From Candidatus Latescibacterota bacterium (GTDB lineage: Bacteria > Latescibacterota > UBA2968 > UBA8231), in the NCBI GenBank assembly GCA_965215195.1, contig CBDCDC010000001.1:352001-416000 (forward strand): a stretch of 64,000 nucleotides of DNA, written 5' to 3'. The notes under the pieces are model-generated. The model did no database searches. It saw only the letters and a program-made list of their open reading frames with translations, and was not told the origin of the DNA. How positions within the stretch are numbered: position 1 is the first letter of the stretch; each line of letters starts with the position of its first letter. This document shows, piece by piece, positions 1 through 12,148 of the stretch. Position numbers and translations under genes: made by a program.

Positions 1-600
1 GCCAGCAGAATCAGCTTCCCTATCGCTATGTCTTAGCCGATAGCTGGTTTTCGGCCAAGGATAACTTAACCTTCATCCGCCAGACCCTCCATAAACACTT
101 CGTCGTCGCCCTCAAATCCAATCGGACGGTCGCCTTGAGCTATGCACAGAAACGGCAAGGGGCTTTCTCGCGCATAGATGCCTGTGATTTGCCCGAACAG
201 CAGCCGGTGCCCGGCTGGATAAAAGGAGTCGATTTTCCCGTCCTTTTACTCCGGCAGGTCTTTACGAACAAGGACGGCAGCACCGGCACGCTGTATCTGG
301 CCTGCAGTGATCTGACCTGCGATGGAGCCACCCTCGAAGCCATCTACCAGAAACGGTGGAACGTCGAGACGTTTCATAAAACGCTCAAGTCCCATGCTGC
401 CTTAGCGAAGTCGCCGACCAAGCGCGAGCGCACCCAAAGCAATCACTGTTTTATGGCGCTGTATGCGGCCTGTCGCTTGGAGAGCCTGCGGATCAAACAT
501 CAACTCAATCACTTCGCCTTGCGGTCTCGACTCTATCTCAAGGCCATTCGATATGCCTTCGATGAGCTACAAAGGCTGAAAACTGCGTAACGTCAGTTAA
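1..600 (+). mobile_element. Right part of an IS701-family insertion sequence (cut by window edge)
   Basis: DDE transposase ORF ends at 590. The likely terminal repeat AACTGCGTAACGTCAG overlaps the stop and is followed by TTAA (YTAR-type target of IS701). Confidence 0.7.
3..590 (+). CDS. IS701-family DDE transposase, C-terminal part
   Basis: Frame open from base 3: YRYVLADSWFS...FVVALKSNR...YQKRWNVETFHKTLK...NHCF. Confidence 0.85.
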   Translation, partial: QQNQLPYRYVLADSWFSAKDNLTFIRQTLHKHFVVALKSNRTVALSYAQKRQGAFSRIDACDLPEQQPVPGWIKGVDFPVLLLRQVFTNKDGSTGTLYLACSDLTCDGATLEAIYQKRWNVETFHKTLKSHAALAKSPTKRERTQSNHCFMALYAACRLESLRIKHQLNHFALRSRLYLKAIRYAFDELQRLKTA

Positions 601-614
601 TTATTTTATGATTA

Positions 615-690
615 TTATACAGGCTGACGTTGGAAATTTGCTCACGCCCGTGATGAGGGTGAACTCAAGGTGCGCGTCGGCGAACTTGCG
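615..690 (-). pseudogene. Short remnant of an AAA-ATPase-like (PF09820-type) gene
   Basis: Translates KFADAHLEFTLITGVSKF then (frameshift) SNVSL, matching DSDAHVKFTLLTGVSKFSKVSL in the 25991 gene. Confidence 0.7.
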
Positions 691-695
691 CGGCA

Positions 696-2294
696 CTACA
701 TGCCCCACACGACGATCGTGCGACTGTCCCGGCGCACCTCGCGGCGGAACACCTTTTCTTCCCACCGCTTGCCTTCTGTGCGGTCAAAGACGATCAGGTG
801 CCCAGCCTCGCTCCCACAACGATCCATGTAGCCGACCGTCTGCTCAAGGCCCCGGCAGACGATCCCCGCCAAGCTCTGGCGTTGCCCTTCGTGCCAGACC
901 TTGCACTCCACGACGAACGTCCTCCAAAGCTCTGATGGACCATCGCCCACCGGCCACCGAATCAGCAAATCGGTGCGACCCCGACCCAAGCCGTATTCCC
1001 GCTCGAGGCGACCACCGCCGTTGACCACCCGCTGCAAAAACGCCTGTAGAATCAACTGCGGCCCCGCTTCTCGGTACTCGAACCGTCCCAGCCAATGCTC
1101 GGAGTGCTCGCGAAAGAAGGCTTGGAAGGCTGCGAGCAGTTTATCGAGGTTCAGGCTGCTGTCGGCATTCACGTACCAAGCGACGTCCTGATCCAAGCTG
1201 TCCTGTAGGACATAGCCCAATTCCCGCGGCACTACCTCCGCGTAGATGGGATTGGCCATGCACGGCGGAGACCCTCGGGCGACCAAGCCCAAGTCGCGGA
1301 CGTAGTCGAGATCGTGGAGGTGGTAGCGGGGCTCGTCGCCGCCGCTGAGCATGGGTTCAACGACGCGCCGCACACGATCTTCTTCTAACTTGTGGGCGAG
1401 TTGGTCGAGATGGGTGCGTCGGCTCAAGATCAGGCGCTCGCGGGCGTCAAGGATGTCGGCGGCGGCGATGGCGCGGGAGCGGTCGCGGCCGGCCGGGTGG
1501 TCAAAGCAGGCATCGGCACACAGGGCGTTGACCAGCCAGGGCTGCCCTTGCGTCTGCGTCCAGACCAGCTTTAGGGCCTCCGGCGTGAATGCCTGCCCAG
1601 TCTCGTGGGTGTGCTGCGCTATCAGCGCGTGCGTTTCGGCTTCGGAGAAGTCGCCGAGGCGCAGGGACTTGGCCGCGATGTTGAACGGGCTGCCGCCAGC
1701 GATCACCTCGCCCGAACTCGAGCGGATGCGATAGTCTTGGATGTCGCGCACCCCGCACAGCACCACGCTTTGCGGAAAGCCTTCGGGACGCTGCTCGTAC
1801 CCGGCGCGCAACTGCCGGAGCACGGACAGCAAGGTGTCGCCGACGAGGGCGTCGATCTCGTCGATCAGCAGCACAACCGGCGTCGGATCGGCCTCGCACC
1901 AGCGCGTCAACAGTTCCGCGAAGGCGTCGTCGGGGCCAAACGTCGCCAGAATATCGGGCCAGACTTGGTTCGGAAATTCGTCGCCCAACAAGCGCGCTCG
2001 CGTGGACAGAATTCCCAGAATAGCACGTATGGCGCGCACCGTGTCTTCGCGTGCTGCTTGGCCGACCTCGACATTCGTATGTACGCACCGAAAGTTGCCT
2101 TGCTCGCCGCTGTTCAGCAGGTCGCGCAGCGCAATCAGGGCAGAGGTCTTGCCCGTCTGCCGCGGCGCATGCAGCACGAAGTACCGTTCGTCCCGGATCA
2201 TGTCGAGGATTTCATTGATATCCACCCTGTCCAGCGGTGGGATGGCGTAGTGCTTGTCGGGCCGGACAGGGCCTTCTGTATTGAATCGGCGCAT
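696..2294 (-). CDS. AAA-like ATPase with C-terminal PD-(D/E)XK-like domain
   Basis: Walker A HAPRQTGKTS, Walker B VLLIDEID, C-terminal REYGLGRGRTDLLI...FVVECK. Confidence 0.85.
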   Translation of the reverse strand: MRRFNTEGPVRPDKHYAIPPLDRVDINEILDMIRDERYFVLHAPRQTGKTSALIALRDLLNSGEQGNFRCVHTNVEVGQAAREDTVRAIRAILGILSTRARLLGDEFPNQVWPDILATFGPDDAFAELLTRWCEADPTPVVLLIDEIDALVGDTLLSVLRQLRAGYEQRPEGFPQSVVLCGVRDIQDYRIRSSSGEVIAGGSPFNIAAKSLRLGDFSEAETHALIAQHTHETGQAFTPEALKLVWTQTQGQPWLVNALCADACFDHPAGRDRSRAIAAADILDARERLILSRRTHLDQLAHKLEEDRVRRVVEPMLSGGDEPRYHLHDLDYVRDLGLVARGSPPCMANPIYAEVVPRELGYVLQDSLDQDVAWYVNADSSLNLDKLLAAFQAFFREHSEHWLGRFEYREAGPQLILQAFLQRVVNGGGRLEREYGLGRGRTDLLIRWPVGDGPSELWRTFVVECKVWHEGQRQSLAGIVCRGLEQTVGYMDRCGSEAGHLIVFDRTEGKRWEEKVFRREVRRDSRTIVVWGM

Positions 2295-2360
2295 GAATCC
2301 AATATGCCCCTCAGCATCGGTCAGGGCAATGTCTCGATCCGCTTAGTCCGCGACACTAAG

Positions 2361-2411
2361 GCTTCGACGACTCGACTGAGCTCGCCGAAGTCCTGAGCTC
2401 AGCCGAAGGGT
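2361..2411. repeat. REP-like palindromic repeat cluster (CTTCGAC / CTGAGCTC..CCGAAG)
   Basis: Two tandem CTGAGCTC(A)GCCGAAG units plus an inverted CTTCGAC half. Confidence 0.5.
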
Positions 2412-2469
2412 TTCCGCCGGGTGCGTGGGCAGCCTGCCCGCCAACAGAGGCTGAGGCGATTGTTTATCG

Positions 2470-2529
2470 CAATTTATTAATTTTTAAGACTATATATTCA
2501 ATAAAATTAATTAACAAATTAATAAATTG
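2470..2529. repeat. AT-rich 14-bp perfect inverted repeat
   Basis: CAATTTATTAATTT (2470-2483) / AAATTAATAAATTG (2516-2529). Confidence 0.8.
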
Positions 2530-2642
2530 ATGTTACATCGCCGAACGCCATGCTGGGATACTGAGCCGTGAACGGATCGAGGATCGGCAAGTGCTTTGAG
2601 GACGTTTTCCAGCGACCCACAAGAACTGCTTACGAGCCTCTC

Positions 2643-2698
2643 GCCAGCGCGTCTTTCATCAACTTGTAGTGCAAGCTATCGGCCAGCGCGATCCAACT
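2643..2698 (-). repeat. 56-bp exact copy of the cimA 3' region (4545-4600)
   Basis: Identical sequence; reads SWIALADSLHYKLMKDALA then RGS-stop. Confidence 0.95.
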
Positions 2699-2782
2699 GT
2701 AGGCGGAGTCGTGGACAGCTTTGTTTTTGCCACGGCCGTCTTCACAAGACAGCGAACAGGATGGCGAATAAGGCGCGTTGAC

Positions 2783-3217
2783 TCATTTTTCCTCCTTTGG
2801 TTTCCCTTCTCTAAGAGGGGTTCGCAAGTTTATCCTTCTAGAAGAATGCTCTTCCAACCAACTAACAAGTTGATCCCGAGAAACATCTCCTGATGCAACT
2901 CCGAAGATGATTTCTTCTTGGATATCTACGATTGCATCAATCTCATATCCATTTCGTTTTAAGAATACTTCCATTGCAGCATGTCCCACCCGTTTATTCC
3001 CATCGATAAAGGGATGATTCTTAATCAAGGAGAAGCATAAGGCCGCTGCCTTTTCTATAACAGTGGGATAGAGAGCTTGTCCAAAGGCCGTCATACGAGG
3101 TTGCTCTACAGCCGATTCCAATCCACTACAATTGAGCACCCCCATAGACCCGCCACTTGTTTCAACAACACGCCTATGAAGTTCCAATACTTCATCTAGA
3201 CTGATATAATACATCAA
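2783..3217 (-). CDS. doc: Fic/Doc family toxin (death-on-curing)
   Basis: Fic motif HPFIDGNKRVG; 144 aa Doc-type layout. Confidence 0.9.
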   Translation of the reverse strand: MMYYISLDEVLELHRRVVETSGGSMGVLNCSGLESAVEQPRMTAFGQALYPTVIEKAAALCFSLIKNHPFIDGNKRVGHAAMEVFLKRNGYEIDAIVDIQEEIIFGVASGDVSRDQLVSWLEEHSSRRINLRTPLREGKPKEEK

Positions 3218-4311
3218 CTTAGTCTTCGATAAAGTTCTCTATTCTTCTCCAACACATATTCAGCAATCTGCTCAAACTCCTGTCCGCGAAATACACCTCT
3301 ACAAAAAAAATTAATAAGGTCATGTTTTGACTGACAATGCGATCCAGTAGCTCCTGATCTGAAACCCAAATGGTGCCCAAGGACAATGCGTATGATCTCA
3401 GGAACTACTTCCGCAGCTATTTTTATGGTGTGTATTTTGGATTGCTCATCGTTAAGTCCTCTTAATTTTGGCCGACCTGTATGAATTAGGCGATTACGTA
3501 CTTGGTCAACGTCTTGAATCCGATCCTTTTGATCAGGGGTCGGCGACGAATCTATAATCTCAAGTGATTGGAGAAGCGAAAACAATTTATCTTTTGAAGC
3601 TGGGCCACGATCAATCTGGGCATATAGCAAACGTCTATACCTCTCCGCCTGATCCGGTTGGAGAGCCTTTGTTTGCTCGAAGCAATTGAGGACATTGCTT
3701 ATTTCATTTTTAAGTTTCTTACGGATATTATTGCCGACCTTCTGATAAGTCGTTTTATGGTCGTCGAGAATTATGTTGAGTGCCGTGGAATACAAAGCGG
3801 CGCGGGATTGCAAAAGGTTGACCTCCATTGCCTCATTGTATAAGAGCAGAGCAGTGTGCAAATTTTTCGATACCAAGCAATCTCTATGCTGCCAAGCAAG
3901 TGCTGCTGCCTTCAAGGTCTCAACTGCAGCCACTGCATAGTCCCCATGTGAATCGGGTCTATACCTTCTCTTGTATTCTGTAGTTACAACTCTTCTACCG
4001 GTTAGAAAAGTGAGTAAATTGCATAGATCCCATATCCCTCCATCATCGCATTCTTCGTGGATAAGAACGCTCTTTTCTTTGGAATCTTGGTAAGACACAG
4101 TTGCGGTGGCTTGCCAAGTGCCTTCACGTGGTGATGACAGTTTTACCTCTGTCCCATTGCTGACCAAGCTTGCAGGTTTAGCCAGTTGGGCAATTTTGGC
4201 ATCGTAATCATCTGTGAGACAAACCGTAAGGCCACCAATTTCATATTCTGACCATCGGAGGCTAGCGAGTGGTTCGTCTACATATAAATTGAAGAGGTCA
4301 ACTGTTTTCAT
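3214..4311 (-). CDS. HEPN-domain (ApeA-like) protein with Doc-antitoxin-like C-terminal tail
   Basis: Rx4H motif RNRLIH, preceded by helix ALLLYNEAM...ALYSTAL; ends EFEQIAEYVLEKNRELYRRLS; ATG 4311 with GGAAGG RBS; AT-rich. Confidence 0.7.
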   Translation of the reverse strand: MKTVDLFNLYVDEPLASLRWSEYEIGGLTVCLTDDYDAKIAQLAKPASLVSNGTEVKLSSPREGTWQATATVSYQDSKEKSVLIHEECDDGGIWDLCNLLTFLTGRRVVTTEYKRRYRPDSHGDYAVAAVETLKAAALAWQHRDCLVSKNLHTALLLYNEAMEVNLLQSRAALYSTALNIILDDHKTTYQKVGNNIRKKLKNEISNVLNCFEQTKALQPDQAERYRRLLYAQIDRGPASKDKLFSLLQSLEIIDSSPTPDQKDRIQDVDQVRNRLIHTGRPKLRGLNDEQSKIHTIKIAAEVVPEIIRIVLGHHLGFRSGATGSHCQSKHDLINFFCRGVFRGQEFEQIAEYVLEKNRELYRRLS

Positions 4312-4486
4312 TGCTACTTCCTTCCACAGCGACAAAGGTGGACCGAAGTTCCTCGGCGAAATCTTCGCGTAATTCCGCTCCCTCATCAGGGTCGCCCAGC
4401 ATTTCTGAGAGCGCGTGTGCAACAATCTCCTGAACAAGTGCTCTAAACTCATCAACTGTTAAATCGGCAACTTTTGCAGAGGTCAT
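4298..4486 (-). CDS. Small acidic antitoxin-like protein, probably C-terminally truncated
   Basis: KVADLTVDEFRALVQEIV...LGDPDEGAELREDF resembles (recall) antitoxins usually found upstream of RelE-type toxins. Confidence 0.6.
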   Translation of the reverse strand: MTSAKVADLTVDEFRALVQEIVAHALSEMLGDPDEGAELREDFAEELRSTFVAVEGSSNENS

Positions 4487-4510
4487 TGTCTTGTTCCTTG
4501 ATTTGAGCAC

Positions 4511-6106
4511 TCAGTCCGTCCCAGTCGCGCCGACAGCTAGCTCGGCCAGCGCGTCTTTCATCAACTTGTAGTGCAAGCTATCGGCCAGCGCGATCCAACT
4601 CGCCTCAATCACATTCTCCGAAACCCCCACCGTACCCCATACGTCCTTGCCGTCCGAGGACTCGATCAACACTCGCACCTTGGCCGCGGTCCCGTCCCCG
4701 CTCGACAACACCCGCACCTTGTAGTCCTCCAAATGCACCTGCTCGAGCGCGGGGAACTCCTGCTCCAACGCCTTGCGCAGCGCTTGGTCGAGCGCGTTGA
4801 CCGGGCCATCGCCGCCAGCGACCGTATGGTACTCGGCATCGCCGATGGCGACCTTGACAATGGCCTCGGCTGCTTCGAGGTGCGCCCCGGTCCGGCGGTT
4901 GATGGTGCGGAAGTTGATCAGGGTGAATAAGTCCTCGTACGTGCCTTGAACTCGGCGCGCCAGCAGCTCAAACGACCCCTCGGCTGCCTCGAACTGATAA
5001 CCCTCGTGCTCTAGCTGCTTGACCCGTTCCAAGACCCGCCCCACCAGCGGATCCTTTTTTTCTATATCGGGTAAAAATCGCCGCAGCTTGCTGACGATCG
5101 TGGCTCCGCCCGCTTGGTCCGAGACCAAGAAGCGCCGCTCGTTGCCCGTGGCTTGGGGATCGATGTGTTCGTAGCAGCGCGGGTTCTTGGTCATGGCGTC
5201 GATGTGTACGCCCCCCTTGTGGGCAAATGCGCTCTCGCCGACATAAGGCTGGCGGTGGTCGTGGTACACGTTGGCGATCTCGCTCAGGAAGCGGGAGAAG
5301 TCCATCAGGTCTTTGAGCCGCTCCGCCCCGAGGGTCTGGTAGCCCATCTTCAGCTCCAAGTTGGGCAAGATGGCGCACAGGTTGGCGTTGCCGCAGCGCT
5401 CGCCATAGCCGTTGAAGGTCCCTTGCACTTGCACTGCGCCCCGCTCCACGGCCACGAGGGTATTGGCCACGCCCACGCCGGCATCGTTGTGCGCGTGAAT
5501 GCCAAAGGGAACCCGGATCCGCTCGGCGACCTGTTCGACGATCTGGCCCATCTCGCTGGTCAGGGTGCCGCCATTGGTATCGCAGAGCACCAAAATCCGC
5601 GCTCCACCGCGCTCGGCCGCCAACAGGGTCTCGACCGCGTAGCCGGCGTCGGCCTTATAGCCGTCGAAAAAGTGCTCGGCGTCGTAGATCACCTCGCGAC
5701 CATGGCCGACGAGATAGGCGACCGAATCCTCGATTAGCTGCAAATTTTCTTCTAGGGTCGTCTTGAGCGCCTCCACGACGTGCAGAGTCCAACTCTTGCC
5801 AAAGATGCAAACGCTGCTGGTCTCGGCCCGCAGCAGCGTGTTCAGGGTTGCGTCCTCTGCCGGGGCCACGCCGGCCCGGCGCGTACTGCCAAAGGCCACC
5901 ACTCGCGCCTTCAGGCCCAGCTTCTTCACCTCTTGGAAAAAGGCCAGATCCTTGGGATTGGTCGGGTTGGGCCAGCCCCCTTCGATGTAATCGACTCCGA
6001 GCGCATCGAGCCGCCGAGCGATCAGCAGCTTGTCCTCTAGCGAGTAGGAAATGCCCTCGGCTTGGGCGCCGTCCCGCAGGGTGGAGTCATAGACTTCGAT
6101 GCGCAT
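4511..6106 (-). CDS. cimA: Citramalate synthase
   Basis: YDSTLRDGAQ, YIEGGWP, YDAEHFFDG, HAHND, GYGERCGN, GDGPVNALD, WGTVGVSENVIEASW. Confidence 0.93.
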   Translation of the reverse strand: MRIEVYDSTLRDGAQAEGISYSLEDKLLIARRLDALGVDYIEGGWPNPTNPKDLAFFQEVKKLGLKARVVAFGSTRRAGVAPAEDATLNTLLRAETSSVCIFGKSWTLHVVEALKTTLEENLQLIEDSVAYLVGHGREVIYDAEHFFDGYKADAGYAVETLLAAERGGARILVLCDTNGGTLTSEMGQIVEQVAERIRVPFGIHAHNDAGVGVANTLVAVERGAVQVQGTFNGYGERCGNANLCAILPNLELKMGYQTLGAERLKDLMDFSRFLSEIANVYHDHRQPYVGESAFAHKGGVHIDAMTKNPRCYEHIDPQATGNERRFLVSDQAGGATIVSKLRRFLPDIEKKDPLVGRVLERVKQLEHEGYQFEAAEGSFELLARRVQGTYEDLFTLINFRTINRRTGAHLEAAEAIVKVAIGDAEYHTVAGGDGPVNALDQALRKALEQEFPALEQVHLEDYKVRVLSSGDGTAAKVRVLIESSDGKDVWGTVGVSENVIEASWIALADSLHYKLMKDALAELAVGATGTD

Positions 6107-6127
6107 GGTGTCGCTCCCCTCCATGGA

Positions 6128-7186
6128 CTAGGCCTCGGCCACAGCCTGGGCTACCAGATCGCCTACTTCGGCCGTGGAATATCCCATTCTGCCCGCTCCC
6201 ATGTCGTCGAGCTTGCCCAGCGTCGAGACGATAGCGCCCTCCAAAATGCGGGCACCCTCGCGCTCGCCGAGCGTGTCGAGCATGAGCTGACAGGCGCCGA
6301 TGGCGGCTAGCGGGTTGATGATATTCTGGCCGCTGTACTTGGGGGCCGAGCCGCCGATCGGCTCGAACATCGACACGCCTTCGGGGTTGATGTTGCCCCC
6401 GGCCGCAATGCCCATCCCGCCTTGGATCATTGCGCCCAAATCCGTGATGATGTCCCCGAACATGTTGTCGGTGACCACCACGTCGAACCACTCGGGATTT
6501 TTGACCATCCACATGCAGATGGCATCGACGTGGGCGTAGTCGCGCTTGATGGCTGGATAGTCGGCCGCGCCGATTTCGTGGAACGCCCGCTCCCACAGGT
6601 CGAAGGCATAGGTCAGCACATTGGTCTTGCCGCACAGGGTCAAGGTGTTGTCCTTGTTGCGCCGCTGGGTGTGCTCAAAGGCGTAGCGCAGACAGCGCTC
6701 GACGCCTTTGCGGGTGTTGATCGATTCCTGCACCGCGATTTCGTCGGGCGTACCCTTCTTGAGGAAGCCTCCGGCACCGGCGTACAGCCCCTCGGTGTTT
6801 TCGCGCACCACCACGAAGTCGATTTCCTCGGGGCCCTTGTCCTTAATCGGCGTCGGCACATTGGGGTAGAGCTTGACCGGGCGGAGGTTGATGTACTGGT
6901 CCAATTCAAAGCGCAATCTCAGTAGAATGCCCTTTTCGAGGATACCCGGCTTCACGTCGGGGTGGCCGATGGCCCCTAGGTAAATGGCATCGAACTGCCG
7001 AAACTCGTCGGCCGCCGAGTCGGGCAAGACCTCTCCGGTGCGCAAGTAGCGGTCACCGCCAAAGTCGAACTCAACGGTCTCGTATTTGAATCCCTGTTTG
7101 GTGGCCACCGCGTCGAGCGCTTTTAAGCCCTCGACCACCACTTCAGGCCCTGTTCCGTCTCCGGGTAGTACGGCGATTTTGTGCAA
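6128..7186 (-). CDS. leuB: 3-isopropylmalate dehydrogenase
   Basis: [40 protein letters not shown]; TTG start after GGAGGT. Confidence 0.92.
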   Translation of the reverse strand: MHKIAVLPGDGTGPEVVVEGLKALDAVATKQGFKYETVEFDFGGDRYLRTGEVLPDSAADEFRQFDAIYLGAIGHPDVKPGILEKGILLRLRFELDQYINLRPVKLYPNVPTPIKDKGPEEIDFVVVRENTEGLYAGAGGFLKKGTPDEIAVQESINTRKGVERCLRYAFEHTQRRNKDNTLTLCGKTNVLTYAFDLWERAFHEIGAADYPAIKRDYAHVDAICMWMVKNPEWFDVVVTDNMFGDIITDLGAMIQGGMGIAAGGNINPEGVSMFEPIGGSAPKYSGQNIINPLAAIGACQLMLDTLGEREGARILEGAIVSTLGKLDDMGAGRMGYSTAEVGDLVAQAVAEA

Positions 7187-7190
7187 GTAT

Positions 7191-7451
7191 TTACCTCCTT
7201 CTACTCTCGTTCCAATTGGCAAAATAGCGCGCTCCTGTGACCGCGATTCGAACAGCGGCGTATAGCAACATCGCGCCGACTGTGAGGATCAACACCACGA
7301 ACACCAACCCGGTCGCGATTAGAATCCCGCAGATAACAATTGCCGCGACAAATGCCGCGACAAATGCCAAAAACAGCAAAGCGGTCGTCGGTATCAGCAC
7401 CCGGGCTAATGGGTTGGTAACTTTCCGTCCATTTACTTTGATGTGTCCCAT
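7191..7451 (-). CDS. Small membrane protein, hypothetical
   Basis: 86 aa with long hydrophobic stretch; GAAGGAGA RBS; lies between leuD and leuB. Confidence 0.6.
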   Translation of the reverse strand: MGHIKVNGRKVTNPLARVLIPTTALLFLAFVAAFVAAIVICGILIATGLVFVVLILTVGAMLLYAAVRIAVTGARYFANWNESRRR

Positions 7452-7480
7452 CTCGATCTCCTTCAGAACTCTGCCAGCCA

Positions 7481-7581
7481 GCGGCCAAAAGCTGGCCCAG
7501 CGAATCCCAGCTCCCCTTGAGAAACTGCTCGCGCCGGCTGGCCGCTATCTCAGCGGACACCTCGCCGCCGGCGTAGCGGAC
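7481..7581 (-). pseudogene. Duplicated leuD 3' fragment (53 bp identical plus about 48 bp diverged)
   Basis: 7481-7533 equals 7761-7813; VRYAGGEVSAEIAASRREQF versus leuD VRWASREVAAEIADGPREQF. Confidence 0.9.
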
Positions 7582-7699
7582 CTAACGGAGTGGTTGGATC
7601 GGCGGATATATCGGCACTAAACGCACCAAGCGTTTAATTTCCCGTACGTCGTCAGACAATTCCAGATCACCGTTTTCGCGGTGCATCATGGCTTGGTCA

Positions 7700-8299
7700 T
7701 CAAGCGACAAAAGCGCGGGTGTACGGCAAGCGGGACACAGTCTCGTCGATCAGATCGTCGGCGGCCAAAAGCTGGCCCAGCGAATCCCAGCTCCCCTTGA
7801 GAAACTGCTCGCGGGGGCCATCGGCAATTTCGGCTGCAACCTCGCGGCTGGCCCAGCGCACGCTCCGCGCTTCGAGGTCGATAGCCACTTCCTGCGCCGG
7901 GTCGCTCTCGACCGCAGCCATCAAAGTCTGCATGTCCTCGGCCGCCAGCCGCACACAAGGCAGCCCCATGGCGATGCAGTTGCCAAAGAAAATCTCGGCA
8001 AAGGACTCGGCGACAAAGCCCTTGATCCCCCAGCGCATCAGGGCCTGCGGCGCGTGTTCGCGCGAGGACCCGCAGCCGAAATTGGCGTTGGCCAACAGAA
8101 TCGACGCCCCTTGGAAGTGCGCTTGGTCAAAGGGATGGTCGCTGCCGGCGCGGTCGTCCTCAAAGGCATGGGCACCGAGGTTATCAAAGGTCACCGTGCG
8201 CAAAAAGCGGGCCGGGATGATGCGGTCGGTGTCGATATCTGCGCCGCGCACCACCACGCCGCGGCCGATTATCGTCTTAATCACACTCGAATTTTCCAT
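7700..8299 (-). CDS. leuD: 3-isopropylmalate dehydratase small subunit
   Basis: DIDTDRIIPARFL, NFGCGSSREHAP, SFAEIFFGN. Confidence 0.97.
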   Translation of the reverse strand: MENSSVIKTIIGRGVVVRGADIDTDRIIPARFLRTVTFDNLGAHAFEDDRAGSDHPFDQAHFQGASILLANANFGCGSSREHAPQALMRWGIKGFVAESFAEIFFGNCIAMGLPCVRLAAEDMQTLMAAVESDPAQEVAIDLEARSVRWASREVAAEIADGPREQFLKGSWDSLGQLLAADDLIDETVSRLPYTRAFVA

Positions 8300-8341
8300 G
8301 GTGTCTCCTTAACGATTGCGTCAGCAAGCCCACGCAAATAT

Positions 8342-8569
8342 CTAACGAACCCTGAGGAAGTCGTCGACGTCGATTCGGGCTTCTCGAAGAATGGCGCGAA
8401 GCGTTCCCTCCGCCATATCTCTAGTGTGACGAGGCACAGTAACTTTCCGACCAGTCTGTGCATGACGCCAAACTTCGTGACTGCCCGGCCCCGGACGGTC
8501 GAACCCATAACCAAAACGTCGCAGGCGCTGAGCAACTTCTCGATACTTGAACCCGGAGAGCCGTCCCAC
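8342..8569 (-). CDS. hicA: HicA family mRNA interferase toxin
   Basis: GSHEVWRH...VTVPRH...GTLRAIL. Confidence 0.88.
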   Translation of the reverse strand: MGRLSGFKYREVAQRLRRFGYGFDRPGPGSHEVWRHAQTGRKVTVPRHTRDMAEGTLRAILREARIDVDDFLRVR

Positions 8570-8820
8570 TACGGCACGCTTACAGGGACCAGCAGATCAA
8601 TTTCGGCGTTACCCTCCGGGAGAGTCGCCAATGCGCGAGGAAGCGGGTCCCCGTGTTCAATACATGACTCTGCAATTTTGCGTACGAGACCTTGTGCAAT
8701 CTCGGCAGCCTCGGTGACGCTACGTCCTTCTGCAACCAAGCCCGAGACATCGGGACTCGTGGCGAGAAAGCCACCTTCATCCAATGGCTCAATATGTAGT
8801 CGGATCGTCGATTCGTTCAT
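8569..8820 (-). CDS. hicB: HicB family antitoxin
   Basis: IEPLDEGGFLATSPDVSGLVAEGRSVTEA; coupled to hicA; AAAGGAGA RBS. Confidence 0.85.
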   Translation of the reverse strand: MNESTIRLHIEPLDEGGFLATSPDVSGLVAEGRSVTEAAEIAQGLVRKIAESCIEHGDPLPRALATLPEGNAEIDLLVPVSVP

Positions 8821-8957
8821 CAAATTTGTCTCCTTTTGCGTCACGCGGCATACAACAGTTTCTTCGTCTGCTCAATGTCTCGAGCGATATAGCGACTCTC
8901 TGTCATCAGTACCTCCGTTCCAATCGGTCTGCTTGGGCGAGTTCCACAAACGGCCCC

Positions 8958-10355
<1,398 letters not shown>

Positions 10356-10375
10356 CTCCGCTCTCCTCTACACGG

Positions 10376-11995
<1,620 letters not shown>

Positions 11996-12148
11996 GATGT
12001 GCTCTTTCCTAAACTGGCCGGATGAGGTGGTACCAGCGGCAGACGGTCCCCTCCAGCCGTGTAGAGACCACCCACCGACGTAAGGTCGGGATCGGAACTC
12101 AACTCGCTAAGTAGGGGTTCCATCGCGCTCACCTCCTTTCGGGTGGTG

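Noticed and set aside
589-631. Inverted repeat AACGTCAG/CTGACGTT at the IS end
   Set aside because: The second arm is explained by codons of the AAA remnant; an 8-bp match is likely chance.
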